From positions 49,600,001 to 49,664,000 of the forward strand of contig OZ024751.1 of assembly GCA_964016885.1 (NCBI GenBank): a DNA stretch of 64,000 nucleotides. Direction: 5' to 3'. Within the stretch, counting starts at the first letter, position 1; every line of letters begins with the position of its first letter. This document shows positions 60,832 through 64,000 of the stretch, in pieces. The translations under genes and the position numbers were made by a program. Source of the stretch: Eledone cirrhosa. Its lineage: Eukaryota. A model generated the notes under the pieces. It had not been told where the DNA came from. It was given only the letters and a program-made list of their open reading frames with translations, and made no database searches.

Positions 60832-61668
60832 AACAACACGACGGTCGTCAGATATTGACGATATTTATGCAGTCGCCGCTGATGGGGATGGTGGAAGTTG
60901 ATGATGACGTCACCGATGATGATATTGATGATGATGATGATGATGATAATGATGGTGGTGATGGTGGTGGTGATGATGATGATGAGGAGGAGGAGGGGAG
61001 GAGGGGGAGGAGGAGGAGGATGATGATGACGAGGAGGAGGAGAAGGAGGAGGAAGGGGAGGATGATGAGGTGATTACAATGACGATAGCGTCTATGATTA
61101 TGGTGTACAGGATGATGATGCTGATGCTGACGATGATGACAATGATGATGATGACGACGACGACAAAGATGATGACAATGATGACGATGATAATGGTAAT
61201 GATGAGGATAACAATGATGACGATGATGATGATGATGATGATGATGATGGTGGTGATGATGATGATGATGATGATGATGACGAGGAGAAGGAGGAGGAGG
61301 AGGAGGAGAAGGAGGAGGAGGAAGAGGAGGATGACAATGATGACGATGATAATGGTAATGATGAGGATAACAATGATGACGATGATGTTGATGATGATGA
61401 TGGTGGTGATGATGATGATGATGATGATGATGATGACGAGGAGGAGGAGGAGGAGAAGGAGGAGGAGGAAGAGGAGGATGACAATGATGACGATGATAAT
61501 GGTAATGATGAGGATAACAATGATGACGATGATGATGATGATGTTGATGATCATAATGGTGGTAATGATGATGATGGTAATTAGTTAGTTTATGTCTGTG
61601 ATAATCGGATTTTCTAATCTTATCATACAGTTCATAGACAATCATTAATATAAACAGGGACAGTAATG

Positions 61669-61728
<60 letters not shown>

Positions 61729-61857
61729 GCTGCTTCTGCTGCTGCTATGACTACTACTATTACTACTAATATTACTACCCCCACTATCATCTTTAGTACT
61801 AATACTACTAGTAATATTACTACTGCAACGCAACACTAGTTTCACAGCTGTTGTTAC

Positions 61858-62065
61858 TGATTGTCAGTATCGGCAGGGGGACTGACACCATGCGTTGCGG
61901 CATAGAATTATGGCCCTTTACGTTCTGAGTTCAATTCCCGCCTAGGTTAGCTTTGCCTTTCATCCTTACGGGGTCGATAAAATAAAGTACCAGTCACGCA
62001 CTGGGTCGATTTAATCGACTTTCCCCTCCCCAAAAATTTCTGGCCTTGTGCCTATAAAAGAAATC
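61858..62065 (+). mobile_element. SINE S1 long subtype with (TTA)n tail
   Basis: S1 consensus plus the GGTCGATTTAATCGACTTTCCCCTCCCC segment. Confidence 0.88.
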
Positions 62066-62092
62066 ATTATTATTATTATTATTATTATTATT

Positions 62093-62845
62093 GTTCTTTG
62101 AGTCTCTCAGTCATTGATGTTATTTAACTGAAAAGTTTGTTGAAATGAATATCAAGCCACTACCTGCAGCCTCAGATATTCAGGACGTATCAGAGGGTTC
62201 TTTCTGATCCCAGCAAGCATGCCTTTTGAAGTGTTCCAAAAAGCGGGGCGGGACCAATTTTCTTTAACCATCCTTGGAAACTCTTTGAGATAGTACCTAG
62301 TGCGCCTATGACAATCGGGACCACTTTGACTTCATGGCAGTTCCAAATCCTTTCTACCTCCCACTTTAAGTCCTGGTATCGGTTAATTATCTCCCTCTCC
62401 TTCTCTTGCACTCTCGTGTTGAATGGGCAGGCCACATCCACAATCAGGCACGATCTTTTTTCCTTGTCCAAAACCACCAGGTCAGGTCTATTGTGTTCCA
62501 GTTTCTTGCCCGTCTATATCCTAAAATCCCACAGCACCTTCACCTGATCGTTTTCTATCACCGACTCTGGCTTATGCTCGTACCACTTCTCAGAATGTGG
62601 TAAATTGTTTACTTTGCATAGGTGCCAGTAGATCACCCTGCCCATCACATCATGTCTCCAGCCTTCATAGTGAGTCTGGGTCAGGTGTTTACACTCGGAT
62701 ACATATATATACATATATCCACATATATATACATATATCCACATATATATACATATATCCACATATATATACATATATCCACATATCCTACACAGTGGGC
62801 TAGCCTCCTCCTTGTAAATATGATGTTTCAGTCACTTCGTGTTGA
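62093..62845 (-). mobile_element. 5'-truncated R4/Dong-like copy (RLE region + 3'UTR)
   Basis: Colinear with 47395-48095; 3' end lies in the (TTA)n tail of the SINE; 20-bp tandem repeat at 62700-62786. Confidence 0.92.
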
Positions 62846-62952
62846 AATTAGTCTTGCCATTGTGCACTTTTACTCGACCTTATTGTAAAGCCCCACTGTC
62901 CCTGTCTTTGTATTGTCCCCTACATGTCGGCCCTTGTGGCTAATAAATGAAA

Positions 62953-64000
<1,048 letters not shown>

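Overview
AT-rich, repeat-dominated animal genomic DNA. The SINE content and extreme (TA)n/(CA)n/(GA)n/(TTA)n load point to an octopod cephalopod (inference). I find no host protein-coding gene; nearly all ORFs in the track are microsatellite translations. The real coding remnants are all retrotransposons: two Penelope-like (PLE) RT/GIY-YIG families (2.5-3.8 kb, 27.8-30.7 kb, 43.8-46.1 kb), an R4/Dong-like RT-RLE element in (TTA)n tracts (47.4-49.9 kb, 62.1-62.8 kb) and an RTE-like 3' end. There are also about 17 copies of one tRNA-type SINE, a CORE-like SINE, and a probable non-autonomous Helitron carrying a ~91-bp tandem array. The most striking pattern is about 18 fold-back (inverted-repeat) insertions from about 11 sequence families, almost all in (TA)n tracts. 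Most share one architecture: arm / apex / arm plus a one-sided 35-115 bp tail, with a minimal type I hammerhead ribozyme (CUGANGA-stem II-GAAA-UH) at or near the fold. All coordinates were read by eye and may be off by a few bases.
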